Notes: generated by a model not told the origin, from the sequence alone. 64,000 nt of DNA from Diplonema japonicum (GCA_964019335.1 OZ025684.1:124001-188000), one strand, 5' to 3'; counted from the stretch's first letter, positions 23,061 through 34,885 are shown. Translations and numbers: made by a program.

Positions 23061-23194
23061 TGTTACAAATATTTATCTTTCAAAAAATGATTTTATAACT
23101 ATATGCAACTTGTGCCGAGCAAAAAGCTTTCGCAGCTTTTTAAAAACCTTTTTTTGCTCGTGCGAACAACAAAGACATATAGTCATAAAGAATT
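23061..23194. repeat. Family C hairpin element, full copy
   Basis: Matches 20187-20321 (reverse complement) and 32099-32198; self-complementary. Confidence 0.85.
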
Positions 23195-24601
23195 ATTTTT
23201 TTTTTTTTTGGGAATGAACAAGAAAAAAAATGAGGTAAAAAAAAAAAGAGAGCGGGAGGTGGGAGGGGGGGGAATACAAAAAATATTTTTTCTTGATTGA
23301 TAAAAAAAAAAGAAATGAAGAGGCGTAGCAATTTGGATGGGGACAGAGGGGGGGGGGGGGGGGGGGGGGGGTTGCTTCAAACTCCCGTATTTCCCTTTTT
23401 CTTTTTGTGCTTTTTTTTTTGTCATTTTGTCAGTGTTTCTTTCTTCCATTTCCTTTTGTTTTTTTGTGTTTCTTTTCTTCTTATTCTCCTTTCGTTAGTT
23501 TGTTCCCCCTGGCCATGGCAGAGAGGCAGCTAGATGGAGGTGAACAGGGTGCCGTGGGAGGAGAAAAAAGAGAAAAAGGACAAAAAAAAAACCCCTGAGG
23601 TAAAAAAAGCTTCGCAGCTCCGTTTGTCTTTTTCTTTTTTTCATTTAAAAAAACACTCTTTTCGTTCTTTATTCCTCCCCCTCCCCCTCAAGAAAAAGAA
23701 AAAAAAAGAATAAATTGAAGAAAGAAATAAGAAAAACCTGCAAGCGTTTACGGTGCAACAAGTCAAAAGTTAACCTCACTATGACCACCAAAAGAAAGTG
23801 GACTTCAAAACGCACCATAAGTACATGGGGCGGGGATGTAGACATTGATGGCACATGTGTGAACTGAACTTCCTAATGCTTGTTTTTGTTAATTCTTGCA
23901 CACACGACTGCCGGTATAAATTGTAGGGGGGGGATTGGTAGGGAACTCATGATGAAGAAAGATGAGAGTGCGGGGAGAACCCCCCCTTTTTTTTCCATCT
24001 TCTTTATTTTCTTTCTGAGTAACATTCTCGCAAAAAAAAAAACGGGGGGGGGGGAAAGGAAACAAGAAACTATTCCTGGTGTTTTGTTTGCACGCACTAG
24101 CACTTTAAACCTTATTTCTGAGGAACTGGTCACCTTTTGTTCAAGACAAAGTCAAAAAAAAACTCGTTCTTTGCAAAGAGAGGTTCTGCAAAACTGCGCC
24201 ATCGCACGCAGAAAATAGTTTTTTTTTTTCTTTTTTCTTTTTTTTTCCCAGTACTGACAAGTTATTGTTTGAGAAAAAAAAAAAAAAAAAGAAAACAAGG
24301 GGGGTAGGAAAACAGATTAGAGAGAGTAGAGGGAGGGGGGGGAAAAAAAAAGGGAAAAAAGCCAATGTACGCGACAGTCAGAGCCCACCTCATACTTGCA
24401 AACCCTTGTTTACAAATTTAAAAAGAAAAACAGTAATCAGAGAACTCTTTGCAAGTTCCTTCATTATTGTTTCTCTTTCTTTCTTTCTTTCTTTCTTTCT
24501 TCATCACTTATTTTTTTTCTTCCACGTAAGGTTTATCAAAAAAAAAAAAAGCAATGAGGAGTAGATGCCATATCGCTTTAGTCGTCTATGTTTCTTTTTA
24601 T

Positions 24602-24638
<37 letters not shown>

Positions 24639-24716
24639 ATAGTGTGGTAGTACTCTTTTATTCTTTCCTTGCCATATCGTCCAGAGTTTCTTTTTATTTT
24701 CTTTCATTTCGTACTA

Positions 24717-26003
24717 CTGTAAAACAAAAATCACCGGAAGATGAAATGTCCGGAAGCTCTGGCGGTCCGGATATTTTTTTCTTCCGGACATTTTTTTCCC
24801 GGGACCCCCTTTTCTTTTAAGGGCTGGACCTGAAACTAGTTTCTGTAGCAAGAGAAAAATCAAACGAAAATCAGAGAGAATTGAATTACGGACTTTTCCA
24901 AGAACTAAAAGATACCTCAGATCCTGATTTGTTCGCTTCTACCACAAACTTGTCGAACCGAACCACTCCTTGTGCTTGCTTTAGGGTTGTTCTTGTGCTT
25001 TTTATTTCTCATTTTCCTAGCCCCCTAAACACATTCCAGACGCTTCATGTTTCATTAAACTTACTCTTCATTAACTTTTTCAAAAATGCAACAGGGCACT
25101 TTGACTAACTGGGTTGGCAAGCGTACCTTTTTGGATGCTGGCAACTCCGGCCATCTTACCCCCAGGGAAGTGCAAGAGATCAACACCTTGCACGCCGCCA
25201 AGAAAGCAAGAAAGCCTCCTGCGAAGCTCAAGCTTGCTGAGGCTGAAAAGGCCAAAATAGGCCGCTACGCCACCCATGGTACCACGGCGGCCCAGGGCTG
25301 GTACCGCGCGAAGGAAGACATCACGGTGCCAACGTCCAGTATATCAGACTGGAAACACCGCTTTGGTAGCTCCAAGGTCGATCCCCCTGCCGCACCCGTT
25401 ACTAAGCCTCTTCTGAACGAGGAAGAAACAACCAACCCTCTTTGCTTGGATTCAGGTGCAGAACGGAAGGGGGGTGCCGGTAGCAGCGTCGGACATCTGC
25501 CTGTACGCAGAGGGTCTCCTGCGCTGCAACCCGCTGCGGAAGGAGAACCTCGAGGCGTTTGGGGGAACGGTGTCTTTTCTCCCAAGCCTGGGCCAACCAG
25601 CTGTGCCCCAAGCATGGCACGAGCCGCCTCCCAACAATAGGGGAGTCCAGCAGCCTCAATGACACCCAAGCAGCAAGGAGGTTCGCAGAGTACGTCGGAA
25701 GGACCATCAAAGAACATGGGATCAGGCCAGAGTTGACCTGGAACATGGACCAGACGGCAGCAAAGACGGACAGGTAGGACTCACCCCCTTTTTTTAGTTT
25801 TATTTTTGCCATTTTTAAGACTCTTGCAACAGAAACATAAGTTTTTCCAGGGAAACATGCAGCAGACAGGGGGAGGGGACAGTGCGTAGAACAGGCTAGG
25901 TACCCCCTTGAAAAGTGCCCCAAAAAAAATGTCCGGAAGAAAAAATCACCGGATGTTTCGGCGGTCCGGATATTTTATCTTCCGGTGGATTTTTGTTTTA
26001 CAG
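24717..26003 (+). mobile_element. pogo-like DNA transposon with decayed N-terminal transposase
   Basis: TA-flanked ~75 bp imperfect TIRs starting CTGTAAAACAAAAATC; HTH-like KIGRYA...VPTSSISDWK and WNMDQT (first catalytic Asp motif); frameshifted. Confidence 0.85.
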
Positions 26004-26701
26004 TATTTTCTTTTTTTTTTCTTTTTTAGTTAATTAGTTAAGAATACAAACTGTCAGCGAGCACACAGGAAGGGGGGAGAGGTGAGGCGGTGGATAAAAA
26101 AAACAATCACGACCACCAGTTGCAAACAACAAAAAAAAAAATTAAAAAAAACAGAAAAAAAAAAAAACCCCGCACACGAAAAGAAAAGAAAAAGATAGAA
26201 CTTTCGCCATATATGCGGTAAAAAGAACTGTGTTACTTGCAGTCCGAGAAATCATTTAAAAAAAAAAAAAACTTCGAGGGTGCTTCAAAGCAGGGAGGCA
26301 AGCAAGAAAAAAAAAAGAGAACAAAAAAAAAAAGAAGAAAAACCATAACAGATATTAAAGAAAAAAAAAAAAAGAGGAACTGCCACTAGTTTGTACGTGA
26401 CGTGCCTTGGTAGAAACAAGAAGTATCTAACACGTAATCACATTGCCAGCGTTCTCCTTTTGTGTTCCAAAAATAAAGAAAATTTGGGGTGCTCACCATT
26501 CAGGGAGAAACTCACTCACAAAGAAAAATAACATGCGAAAGTCATCGTTTAGTTCTTCGCTCGAGTAAAGGGGAATAGCAAAAAAAAAAAAAAGGTTCTT
26601 CTTAAGTAGGCGGGTGGGGGTATGCATTCGCCCTGGATGCACCACGTGGGAGTCGGCGGGCTTAAGAACGGGTTGCCCCATCTCGGCTCATGACATAAGA
26701 A

Positions 26702-26739
<38 letters not shown>

Positions 26740-26963
26740 TGGTAACGCACGGAAGCGTCTCCACAAGAAACCCAAAGGCACGGCAGGGAGGGAAGGAACG
26801 AAAGAGAGGGAAAAAGGAAAAAAGAATAGAGAGGGGGGGGGGAAATCTTACCCTTTTTTTTCTTTTCTTTTTTTTTTAAAAGAAAATATTATTTCCCCCC
26901 CCCACATTCCTCAGTCCCATAAGTATAAAAAAAAAAGAAGAAAAGGGAGGGGGAGGGAACTTC

Positions 26964-29900
26964 CTATTCCATAGCTTGCAGGTTACGGTCCACAAGGCCG
27001 GGGATTTGGGGCGAACCAGCCGGGAAGGACCTTGGCGAACCAGCTGCCAGGGGAGACCCAGCAGGTATCGATTTCTTTCTACCAGCCGCAAAGTTCTCCA
27101 CATCCATGGCAGACTCCGACAGGCTACCACAAACAGTGAAGGTGTACGACAGCTCAAGGACGAGCCGGCGGACATTCGTGTTAAAAGCAGGCGTACCACA
27201 AATAACAGTGTGATTCTGTGCCGACGGTGGTGGGAGGAAGCCTTCAAGGTGCTCCCTTGTAATCATCGGTGCCAGAATGCTCGTCAGCCCTTCAGGCTGC
27301 GTCTTCCCCTTTGTGAACAAATAGCAAATCTCAAACTTCCCAGTGTCAGAGTGAGACAATTCCTCGAATTCCGGTTTATGCGCCACGTCACCATAGGTGT
27401 TGGCACAACAGATAAACCAAACGTTCCCGTTGTCCTTCAGCGCGGCTCTTGAAAGCGAGATCAGCGGGTTACACCCTGTTCCTCCGCCGATCAAAAGCAA
27501 ATCCTGTCCTTTTGTGTACTGATGCTCGCCAAGGATGGGCCCGCGCATCTCGACCATGGAGTCCGTGGTGAGAAGCTGAAGCTCCTTGGACGATAGTTTA
27601 CCAGAGTGCGTTTTGACAAGCAGCGAAATCTCATCATTCAGAACAGAGACAACCGTGTACATCCTCGACAGCTTCCCGTTGAACCGCAACGACACATGAC
27701 AAGCAGGCGCGAAATACTGTTCTGAAATCCCGTGCAAATAAAATGTAAAAAGAATTGTATTATGTGTACGTGCCTCACGACGGCGGTACTGAACAGAACG
27801 GTACTCCCCGGTTACGATCGCGTTGTCGGGTTCTTCTTTGAGGTCTGCGATGCCGTCCTTCGCCATGAGGAGGATGTGGTTGATGGTTGACATCCATGCG
27901 TACCGCACTTGTGGGGTGTACTTTTCTTGTAAAGCTGTTCTGAATGTCGCGTCAAAACCAGTCCCCATGACGTCGAACATAGGCTTCTTCACACCGAACC
28001 TCAAATGCGTCTTTCCAAGCTCGTGTAGAATGTGTGCGACCTCGTGTGAGTTAGACAGATCGGTTACTGCTTTGTCGACTGCTGTCATAACCTGTAAGCC
28101 GTGGTCGAGCATCCCTCTTGACTCGTACACCTTCGCTTCGGATCCCCATGGGAATAGTTCGAGGTACTCCGGGTGCATTTCAAACATGTTTCTGAACAGT
28201 AGGTACCCGATTTCCTGCATCCCGATGGTTTTCAGCTGTTTCCAGGTGTCCCTTACAATCATCATGTTGGACTCGTTAGTCGCTAGGTTGTTCGTTTTGA
28301 ACACCCTCAGAGTTCTCAAGATATCGGCAGCGTATGTTGTGTGGTCGTGTACAGCTTTGCCAATGCCCTGCCCGCGGAATGCGTCGGTGATGTCCTTGCC
28401 GACCCATTCACGGAGGACTTCTCTCCCTCCGGGGTGGGAGTGCATGAAGGCTGAAATGTCATATGCCCATCCTTCCATGTATACTAAGGAGGCTGAGGAG
28501 GATTTAGACGCTGCTGTGGTGCGCTTCCATGCCTGTTCTAGGTTTTCTTTTACGCGGTCTGCAGCGTCAGGGATGATCTGGTGCCCTGGGACAAATGTTG
28601 TCCTGCATATCTGTTTTCCCTCGGCAGCGATGATCTTCTTGCACATGATGTCGTCTGGGTACTTCTCCGACATCTCCTTCATCTTTCTCAGGTCGCCGAC
28701 CTTCGCCTCGTCGAAGCCCGAGCCCCACTGCGGGTCGCACCACGCCGTGTCCTCGTGTATCCCGTACAGAAGATCCCACTTCTCGGTTTGCGTCAAACCC
28801 TTGAGGTGCATTTCATTAACCTCAATATACGTTTGACGTGAATCGCCAGCGAACCAACGATCCACAGGACGGACAAGCCTTGTTAACGAAGGTGCATGAG
28901 CAATGATGGTGCCCGGGACAAGACACACAGTGTTGAGCTGTTCAGCCGCCTCGGCCAATGCACTGGATAGTTCCATCGGCGATCCAACGCACGTGATGTA
29001 CTGTTTGTCGCTCGCGTGTGTTATCCCGAAATTGATCCCGCCACTTGCAAGACCTATGTGCATTTTGTATTCAGGGTGGAGGCTTGTTTCTGAATACAAT
29101 GCAGTGGCGAAGCTGATTGCCTGTACAGCATGCTGCTGGCATATCCACACCAGTGTGAGTGTTTCCATTGGGCCGCTTAAGATGATACCGAAGGTTTTCT
29201 TGCTTAAGGTGTTCAGGAGGTTGACGTAGGGTTCCAGCTTGTCGATGTTGACGCTGATCCTGATCTGGATAACCGTACCATTGACCGCCACAAGTTTGTG
29301 GTTTTCGGTGATGGCGGTGAACACCTTTCTGATCTCGTTGTCCGACATCAACCTGTCCGTGAACACTTCCTTCAACAACGTTTTGGAAATCTTCCCCTTT
29401 GCGGCAGGATCGGACAGTGCAGGCGAAGACATCAACGACGACTCCAACGGCGTCTTTTTATGCGCGAGGGATGCGGAGCGTTCGGATATAGATGTGGGGA
29501 CAATACCATGGAGGACCGCCTTTCCGACACCTTTAAGCTCGATGGATCCCAAGGGGACAATACTGCACTTGAGAATTGACGGGTTGGTGGCAGAGATAAC
29601 AGCATCCGAGCACACTATGGTACCGCCCTGCCCGGCAGACTCGATTCGCGCGGCGGTGTTAACTGTGTGCCCGAAATAGTCAGCACGGGTAGTTACGGGG
29701 TCGATTTCCATGGTGACGTCCCCGGTGTGAACACCCATGCGGACGCGCATGCCTCTGTAGATTAGCTGCCCGCCTTTGATGGTGGAGTTGCACATGGAGT
29801 CGGTGAGGAGCTTCTCTGGCCAAGGGCAGTTTAGAAGATCAACCTGTGCGTCAATACAGAACCTCACGGCATCGTTGGCCTGGTCGAATGTTATCATGAA

Positions 29901-30455
29901 GGCATCGCCGATGGTCTTCACCTCGTACCCGTTATACCTTGAGTACGCCTCCCGAATACAGTTGTTGTGCAGGCGCATCGCGGTTTTCATGTCTTCCGGG
30001 TGCTTCCTCCACAGAACAGACGAGGATTCGATGTCGGTGAAGACGAATGTGACCCTTCCCTCTGGGGCTTGTATCGAGGTTGGGGTGAAGATGGGGTCCA
30101 TGTTGTAGGAAGACCCTTCTGCAGAGTCGCCTCTGTTCGGTGATACAAGCTTTTGTTTCGGTGGTACCGTGTGCTGTAGCTCTCTTAACGCGGTTCTAAG
30201 CTCGGATATTACGCTGAACTGTGCCCCCGGGGTACCTTCTTTCAACGGAAGCTTTGATAATTGTTCCAACGGTCTCTGAATGTATATCTTTCCTGCCATA
30301 TGACTAGCTGCGAAGAATGCAAGGCTTAACAGCACTACTGCCCCGGCCATAATCCCGTGGTGGACGTCAGCCGCAGACAGGCCCACTGCGGTTAGCCCTA
30401 CCATCAGACTTGAGGTGCCACATAGTACCCCTGAGGCTGCGGGTATTCCTATCAT
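26964..30455 (-). CDS. Adenylate cyclase - cytochrome b5 - globin - FAD/NAD(P)H reductase fusion protein
   Basis: 2 N-terminal TM; FTDIESS, EVKTIGDAFM, DYFGHTVNTAARIES; YDISAFMHSHPGG..GKDITDAF..H; globin LELFP/DHG/GKTH/AW; RMYT, GGGTGCNP, CGTPAF. Confidence 0.93.
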   Translation of the reverse strand: MIGIPAASGVLCGTSSLMVGLTAVGLSAADVHHGIMAGAVVLLSLAFFAASHMAGKIYIQRPLEQLSKLPLKEGTPGAQFSVISELRTALRELQHTVPPKQKLVSPNRGDSAEGSSYNMDPIFTPTSIQAPEGRVTFVFTDIESSSVLWRKHPEDMKTAMRLHNNCIREAYSRYNGYEVKTIGDAFMITFDQANDAVRFCIDAQVDLLNCPWPEKLLTDSMCNSTIKGGQLIYRGMRVRMGVHTGDVTMEIDPVTTRADYFGHTVNTAARIESAGQGGTIVCSDAVISATNPSILKCSIVPLGSIELKGVGKAVLHGIVPTSISERSASLAHKKTPLESSLMSSPALSDPAAKGKISKTLLKEVFTDRLMSDNEIRKVFTAITENHKLVAVNGTVIQIRISVNIDKLEPYVNLLNTLSKKTFGIILSGPMETLTLVWICQQHAVQAISFATALYSETSLHPEYKMHIGLASGGINFGITHASDKQYITCVGSPMELSSALAEAAEQLNTVCLVPGTIIAHAPSLTRLVRPVDRWFAGDSRQTYIEVNEMHLKGLTQTEKWDLLYGIHEDTAWCDPQWGSGFDEAKVGDLRKMKEMSEKYPDDIMCKKIIAAEGKQICRTTFVPGHQIIPDAADRVKENLEQAWKRTTAASKSSSASLVYMEGWAYDISAFMHSHPGGREVLREWVGKDITDAFRGQGIGKAVHDHTTYAADILRTLRVFKTNNLATNESNMMIVRDTWKQLKTIGMQEIGYLLFRNMFEMHPEYLELFPWGSEAKVYESRGMLDHGLQVMTAVDKAVTDLSNSHEVAHILHELGKTHLRFGVKKPMFDVMGTGFDATFRTALQEKYTPQVRYAWMSTINHILLMAKDGIADLKEEPDNAIVTGEYRSVQYRRREARTHNTILFTFYLHGISEQYFAPACHVSLRFNGKLSRMYTVVSVLNDEISLLVKTHSGKLSSKELQLLTTDSMVEMRGPILGEHQYTKGQDLLLIGGGTGCNPLISLSRAALKDNGNVWFICCANTYGDVAHKPEFEELSHSDTGKFEICYLFTKGKTQPEGLTSILAPMITREHLEGFLPPPSAQNHTVICGTPAFNTNVRRLVLELSYTFTVCGSLSESAMDVENFAAGRKKSIPAGSPLAAGSPRSFPAGSPQIPGLVDRNLQAME

Positions 30456-31518
30456 CTTTTAAGGTTTTTGCTCTTATTTTCTTTTTTTTTCTTCTCGTAT
30501 TTTCTCCTCCCTCCCCCCCCTTCCTTTCTTTTTTGTGTCATTGCTTTAAGGATAAAAAAAAGGGGGGGGGGAAAGATGGGGGATATAAGGAAGGGGTCGG
30601 GAGGGGGGTTAAGGTACCGGGACAGAATCTGGAGGAAAGCTGGAAAGCAATCCATCGTCCCATTTTTCTTTCTTTTTTCCTTTTGTGATGACCACCTTTC
30701 AGGCCCAATCCATTTTTAAAATACATTCTGTGTAAAAAAACAGGGCCCCCGGTTCAAAACGAGTTTTTTCTCCGTTGGACCTGCGGTATTTTTGGCCGAT
30801 TCTTGGACCCTTTAATTACATGCCTCTCTTCTAGCACACTGTGAAATCTTTTTTTGTTCTCCCTGAATGTTTGTGATGCGTCCGACCGCTGCTGTGCCCT
30901 GGAAGAAGAACTCTCGATGCAGGGTTCAGGAGAGAGGCCCTCTTAGAGTCTCCCTGATGGTGTCGTGGTTGATGAGAGAACTTGTCTCGAGCTGATGTTT
31001 TCTTTCACGGCCTTAACCTAGTTATCTGGCTTCAGCTGCTGCACCCTCTTTCAAGTTCTGGAAGCAACTGCTCGACCAGCTGCTTAGCTGTTTCGATTTC
31101 GGCGTGCCCAAATGAATAATAAAATGGAGAAGAAATCCTCACAAAAGGGGCCTACCGCAGGTACAAGAAAATTGCCGATCTACGTAGAAATGCTTAGACC
31201 GGCGATCGCCGGGGCCTGGTAAAAAAGAAGAGGGAAAAAAAAAAAGAAGAAAAAAAAAAAAAAAAGGAGAACGCGCACAACACTCTGGGTTAGATAATCT
31301 ACCAACACTGATTCTGAAAAAAAAAAAAAAAAAAAAAAAAATTGATTTTGTCGCAACGAGGCCATAGATAAAAATGTACCGGTAAGTCAATTGTTATTTT
31401 TGAAGTTTCAAAAAGAAAATGACCTCTCTGGTGCGGGAACTCGGTCTAGCTCGATGGTAGATGGTTTTTAAAAAAAGACGGTGTTTGGAGTGTCATAGGG
31501 CAAACCCTAAATAAAAAA

Positions 31519-31623
31519 GAGTCGGCTGATTGCTGTGTGTAAAGCCGTTTTCACCTACAGTAGGGATAAACGGGCAAGCTGCCTCTACTTTTCTTTTTTT
31601 GCAAAGTTTGTACTTGTTCTAGC
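31519..31623 (-). repeat. Family A element (copy 2)
   Basis: Matches 207-324 with an internal deletion. Confidence 0.85.
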
Positions 31624-31761
31624 ACAAAAAAAAAATATATGAGTTAAAGGAAGTCTTTGTGAGACGCCCCCTTGTTCTCATCTTCTACCTGCACCTATCC
31701 CCTTTCAGCAGCGGGTTCTCCTCCTTTGGTGGTCTTGCCGGCCTTCTCCCCAAAAAAAGAA

Positions 31762-32089
31762 ATGGGGTTTTGATTGCAACACTAGGTGGCGTTAAGCGTG
31801 CAATGAAGCACGAACTACCTACTTGATTACAGGGGGCGCTCCTCGGCCGAGCAGTAGCTTCTTCTGCGTTCCGCGTCGTGTCCTTAATGCGTGCGGTGTG
31901 CTCAACCCTAGCCGGGGCGTCCCGGGTAACCAAGATTCTGCGCTCGTGCAGTTTGCTGCCTGTTCGTCACCCTGAGCATCTGCGTTACGTTCTTCCACTC
32001 GGGCGCTACCGGTGATGACCGACGAGGAGGTCAACAGCGAACAACACATCTGATGTACTTCTTATATTTCCATGTTATCCCCACCACCT
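31762..32089 (-). mobile_element. Family R non-autonomous retroelement, full length (~328 nt)
   Basis: Same two termini as 51851-52164; 3' ~40 nt shared with the LINE end at 2590-2632. Confidence 0.88.
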
Positions 32090-32098
32090 AAAAAAAGA

Positions 32099-32198
32099 AA
32101 TTCTTTGTGACTATATGGTTTTGTTGTTTCGCAAAGTTCTTTGCTCGGCACAAAGGTACATATAGTCACAAAAAAAAAATCACTTTTTTTGAAAGATG
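32099..32198. repeat. Family C element, degenerate
   Basis: GACTATATG...TTGCTCGGCACA...CATATAGTC. Confidence 0.7.
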
Positions 32199-32391
32199 TC
32201 TAAAAAAAAAAAAAGAAAAAAAAAAAAAAAGCCCACCTACGGTGAGCAACGTCGATCATGTGCCACAATTCTGCAAGTGATGACAAAAAAAATCAGATCG
32301 TTAACCGTTTGGTACTACACAATTAAAGGCCGCTTTTACAAAGACCAGCCAAGAGTCAACGCCACGGTGTAAGCTTTATAATTATGATCAT

Positions 32392-32436
<45 letters not shown>

Positions 32437-32740
32437 AAAACAAAAAGAGACATTTAAGGGTACCTGCGGTATGTGGCAGGACGCCTGACAAAACTGAAAA
32501 AAAACTCAAAGTGAAAGACAAACCCCCTCATGGAGGGCTGGCTATCTATTTATACTCCCTTCTGGAGCATTGCTTTCGTCCTTTAAAGGAGGTATTTGAC
32601 GCCCTTGTTTTCCACTATCTGCATCGGGCTCTCTTCAACAGCGGTTTCTCCTGTTGCTGGAAGCTACGGCTTGTACTCTCAGCAGGGAAGGCCTCCTTCC
32701 CTTTACCTTCTAAAATCCCATCCCTTTAATAAAAAAAAAA

Positions 32741-32858
32741 GAGTTCGGTTGATTGTTATTTGTGCACAGCCGGGGTTAACCAGTAGAACTATACCACTAC
32801 TCTTTTTAGCAATTACAATTCATTGTCAATATATATTGTTTCTTTTTCTTGTTCATGC
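32741..32858 (-). repeat. Family A' element
   Basis: Related copies at 55772-55916, ~49329-49405, ~20624-20708, ~5927-6035; partial inverted copy ~44714-44767. Confidence 0.8.
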
Positions 32859-32960
32859 AAAAAAAAAAAAAAGAAAAAGAAAGAAAAAAAAAAACTAGTT
32901 TTACGCGTATCTTTTTTCGCTAGCGTTAAAATTTCTACCTGAGAAAAAAAAAAAAAAATG

Positions 32961-33197
32961 CTGTAAACGAAAAACTACCGGAAGGAAAAATCATCCGGTC
33001 GGCCAGGGCTTCCAGACATTTCTCCTTCCGTTTTTTCGAGCTGGGCCAGTGTAAATTAACTGCGGATGCAGTTTGTCACAGCCCTCGAGGGGAAAAAAAA
33101 ACAAAAACGTCCCCAAAGGAAACATGTCCGGAAGGAAAATCATCCTAGGCCTAGGCTTCCGGAGCATTTCTCCTTCCGGTGATTTTTCAATTTAGAG
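32961..33197. mobile_element. pogo-family MITE
   Basis: CTGTAAACGAAAAACTACCGGAAGGA...TCCTTCCGGTGATTTTTCAATTTAGAG|TA; CCGGAAG subterminal motifs as in 24717-26003. Confidence 0.7.
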
Positions 33198-34172
33198 TAC
33201 TCATTTTCTTTTTTTTTCTTTCTGATTCGCTGCCAAATAACTAGTAGGTGGAGAGGGAGGGTGTCTTTCTTTAGGAGAGAGTCTTCACAACAAAACCAAC
33301 AGAAAAAAAAATAGAAAATACTGCAAGAAAGGAGGGGATAAATATTCTGGTTGAAATCGAAAAGGAAAAGAAAAAGAAGAAGAAAAAAAAAAGGTAAATG
33401 TGATGTTACATCACCTTTCGTAGTTGTACACAAATTACTCAATTGTTTAGGGGGAAACAAAGATTGGGCCAGGTCACCCACGCGAAATGAATAGAATTCA
33501 CTGCAATGAGGAATAATAGTTCCTGTTGTATGGGCCTGTCGCACATCTCTCTTATTTTCTTTTCTTGATTTTTGTATCTTTTAATTTGTATCTTTTTTGC
33601 TAGGAAAGGAGAGAAAAGTTAGGAGGTATCGTTATTGAAGTGTGAATCGAGAAAAGAGAAAAAGAAAGAAAAAAAAGTTGTCGCAATGCAGTTTTTTCTT
33701 TAAACCAAAAAACTGAAATAGAAAATCTTCTAGAGGAGATTGCCCTGAAGACATAAAAAAGAAACACTTCATCCCATCCCCTTTTTCTCCTAACCAGTTT
33801 TGTTTCAAGAAATGTAATTGCGCACTTTGATGACAACTATGCCTGCTTATGTTCTTTATTCATCAATGGGTTAAAAAAAAAGAAAAGAAAAAAGTTAATT
33901 CACAACATCTTTGCGGTGCAAGTACCAAGCTGAAAGATCTTTAAATCCCATCTGATAAATACAAACAATAAGTGTTGAAAGTCATGTTGGGAGTTATACG
34001 CTCGAGCAAAGAAGTGGGGGGGGAGGGGGGGGAAGCTAATACAAAAAAAAAAAAAAAAAGAAACCGTATATAAAAATGATTAGGGTAAGAACTCTTTTGC
34101 TCGGCACAAACTAAATATTAAAAAAAAAAGGGGGGAAAAAAAAATAAAGCTTTTTATCTTTTTTTTCCCTTC

Positions 34173-34885
34173 CAAGGGATACGGAAACGCGTTTAAAAAA
34201 GGGAAACGGAAACGGAAACGGAAACGTTTCCCTATTTTGGGGCCGTTTCCTTGGGGCAGAAACGTTTCCTTATTTTGGGGGTTTTAGAGACTTATTTTTT
34301 TGGGGGCAAATCACTCGGAAGAAATATACGAGACAAAAGGGGGCTAGTGTTGGTGGCGCCCTGGGGAAATCTTCTGGGTTTCGATGAAGGATGCGATTGT
34401 GGCATCCATTTTTTGAACAGCGTCGTCAACCAGCCTTTCGCTCAGAGCTTTCATGTCCGGTAGCTCGTACGTGGCCCCGAGCGGAAGGCGTTTCACCTTC
34501 TCAAAAAAAGAGTCGGCTGATTGTTTGTGCAAGCCGTTTTCACCTACAGTAGGGATAAACAAGCTGCCTCTACTCTTTTTTGCAATAACAATTCTTTTCA
34601 AAAATTTGTTTACTTGTTCCAGCAACAGTGCCTTGAATGTTCTGTGAACAGAAAATATGAGAGGACACGAAATAGATAAACATCATACCGATGTTCGACC
34701 CTCAAAAATGGGGTCCCAGTTTCGAGAAAGAAATCCCGAACAGCCCTGTCCACGTCGTCTGGCGTGCTTGTAGCAGTTAAAAATGGCGTCATTGGCCTGT
34801 TCTCCACTTTACGCTTCTTCGTTCCCTCTGCCTCAGCCTTCGCCTCCGCTGTCGCTTTCTCCAACAGCTTCTTGTGGGGACACAC
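34173..34885 (-). mobile_element. hAT transposase remnant with intron 34642-34688 and nested family A insertion
   Basis: Reconstructed VRDFFLETGTPFLRVEHR|TFKALFEKVKRLPLGATYELPDMKALSERLVDDAVQK resembles hAT N-terminal region; GGAAAC subterminal repeats at 34180-34270. Confidence 0.7.
34510..34623 (-). repeat. Family A element (copy 3), inside hAT coding sequence
   Basis: Matches 207-324; removing it restores the hAT reading frame. Confidence 0.9.

Noticed and set aside
27823-28836. 337-aa + strand ORF
   Set aside because: Antisense shadow of the b5/globin region with no independent motifs
30700-31130. GC-richer coding-like stretch upstream of the globin cyclase
   Set aside because: Stops in the frames examined and no recognisable motif; probably a decayed element but not assignable
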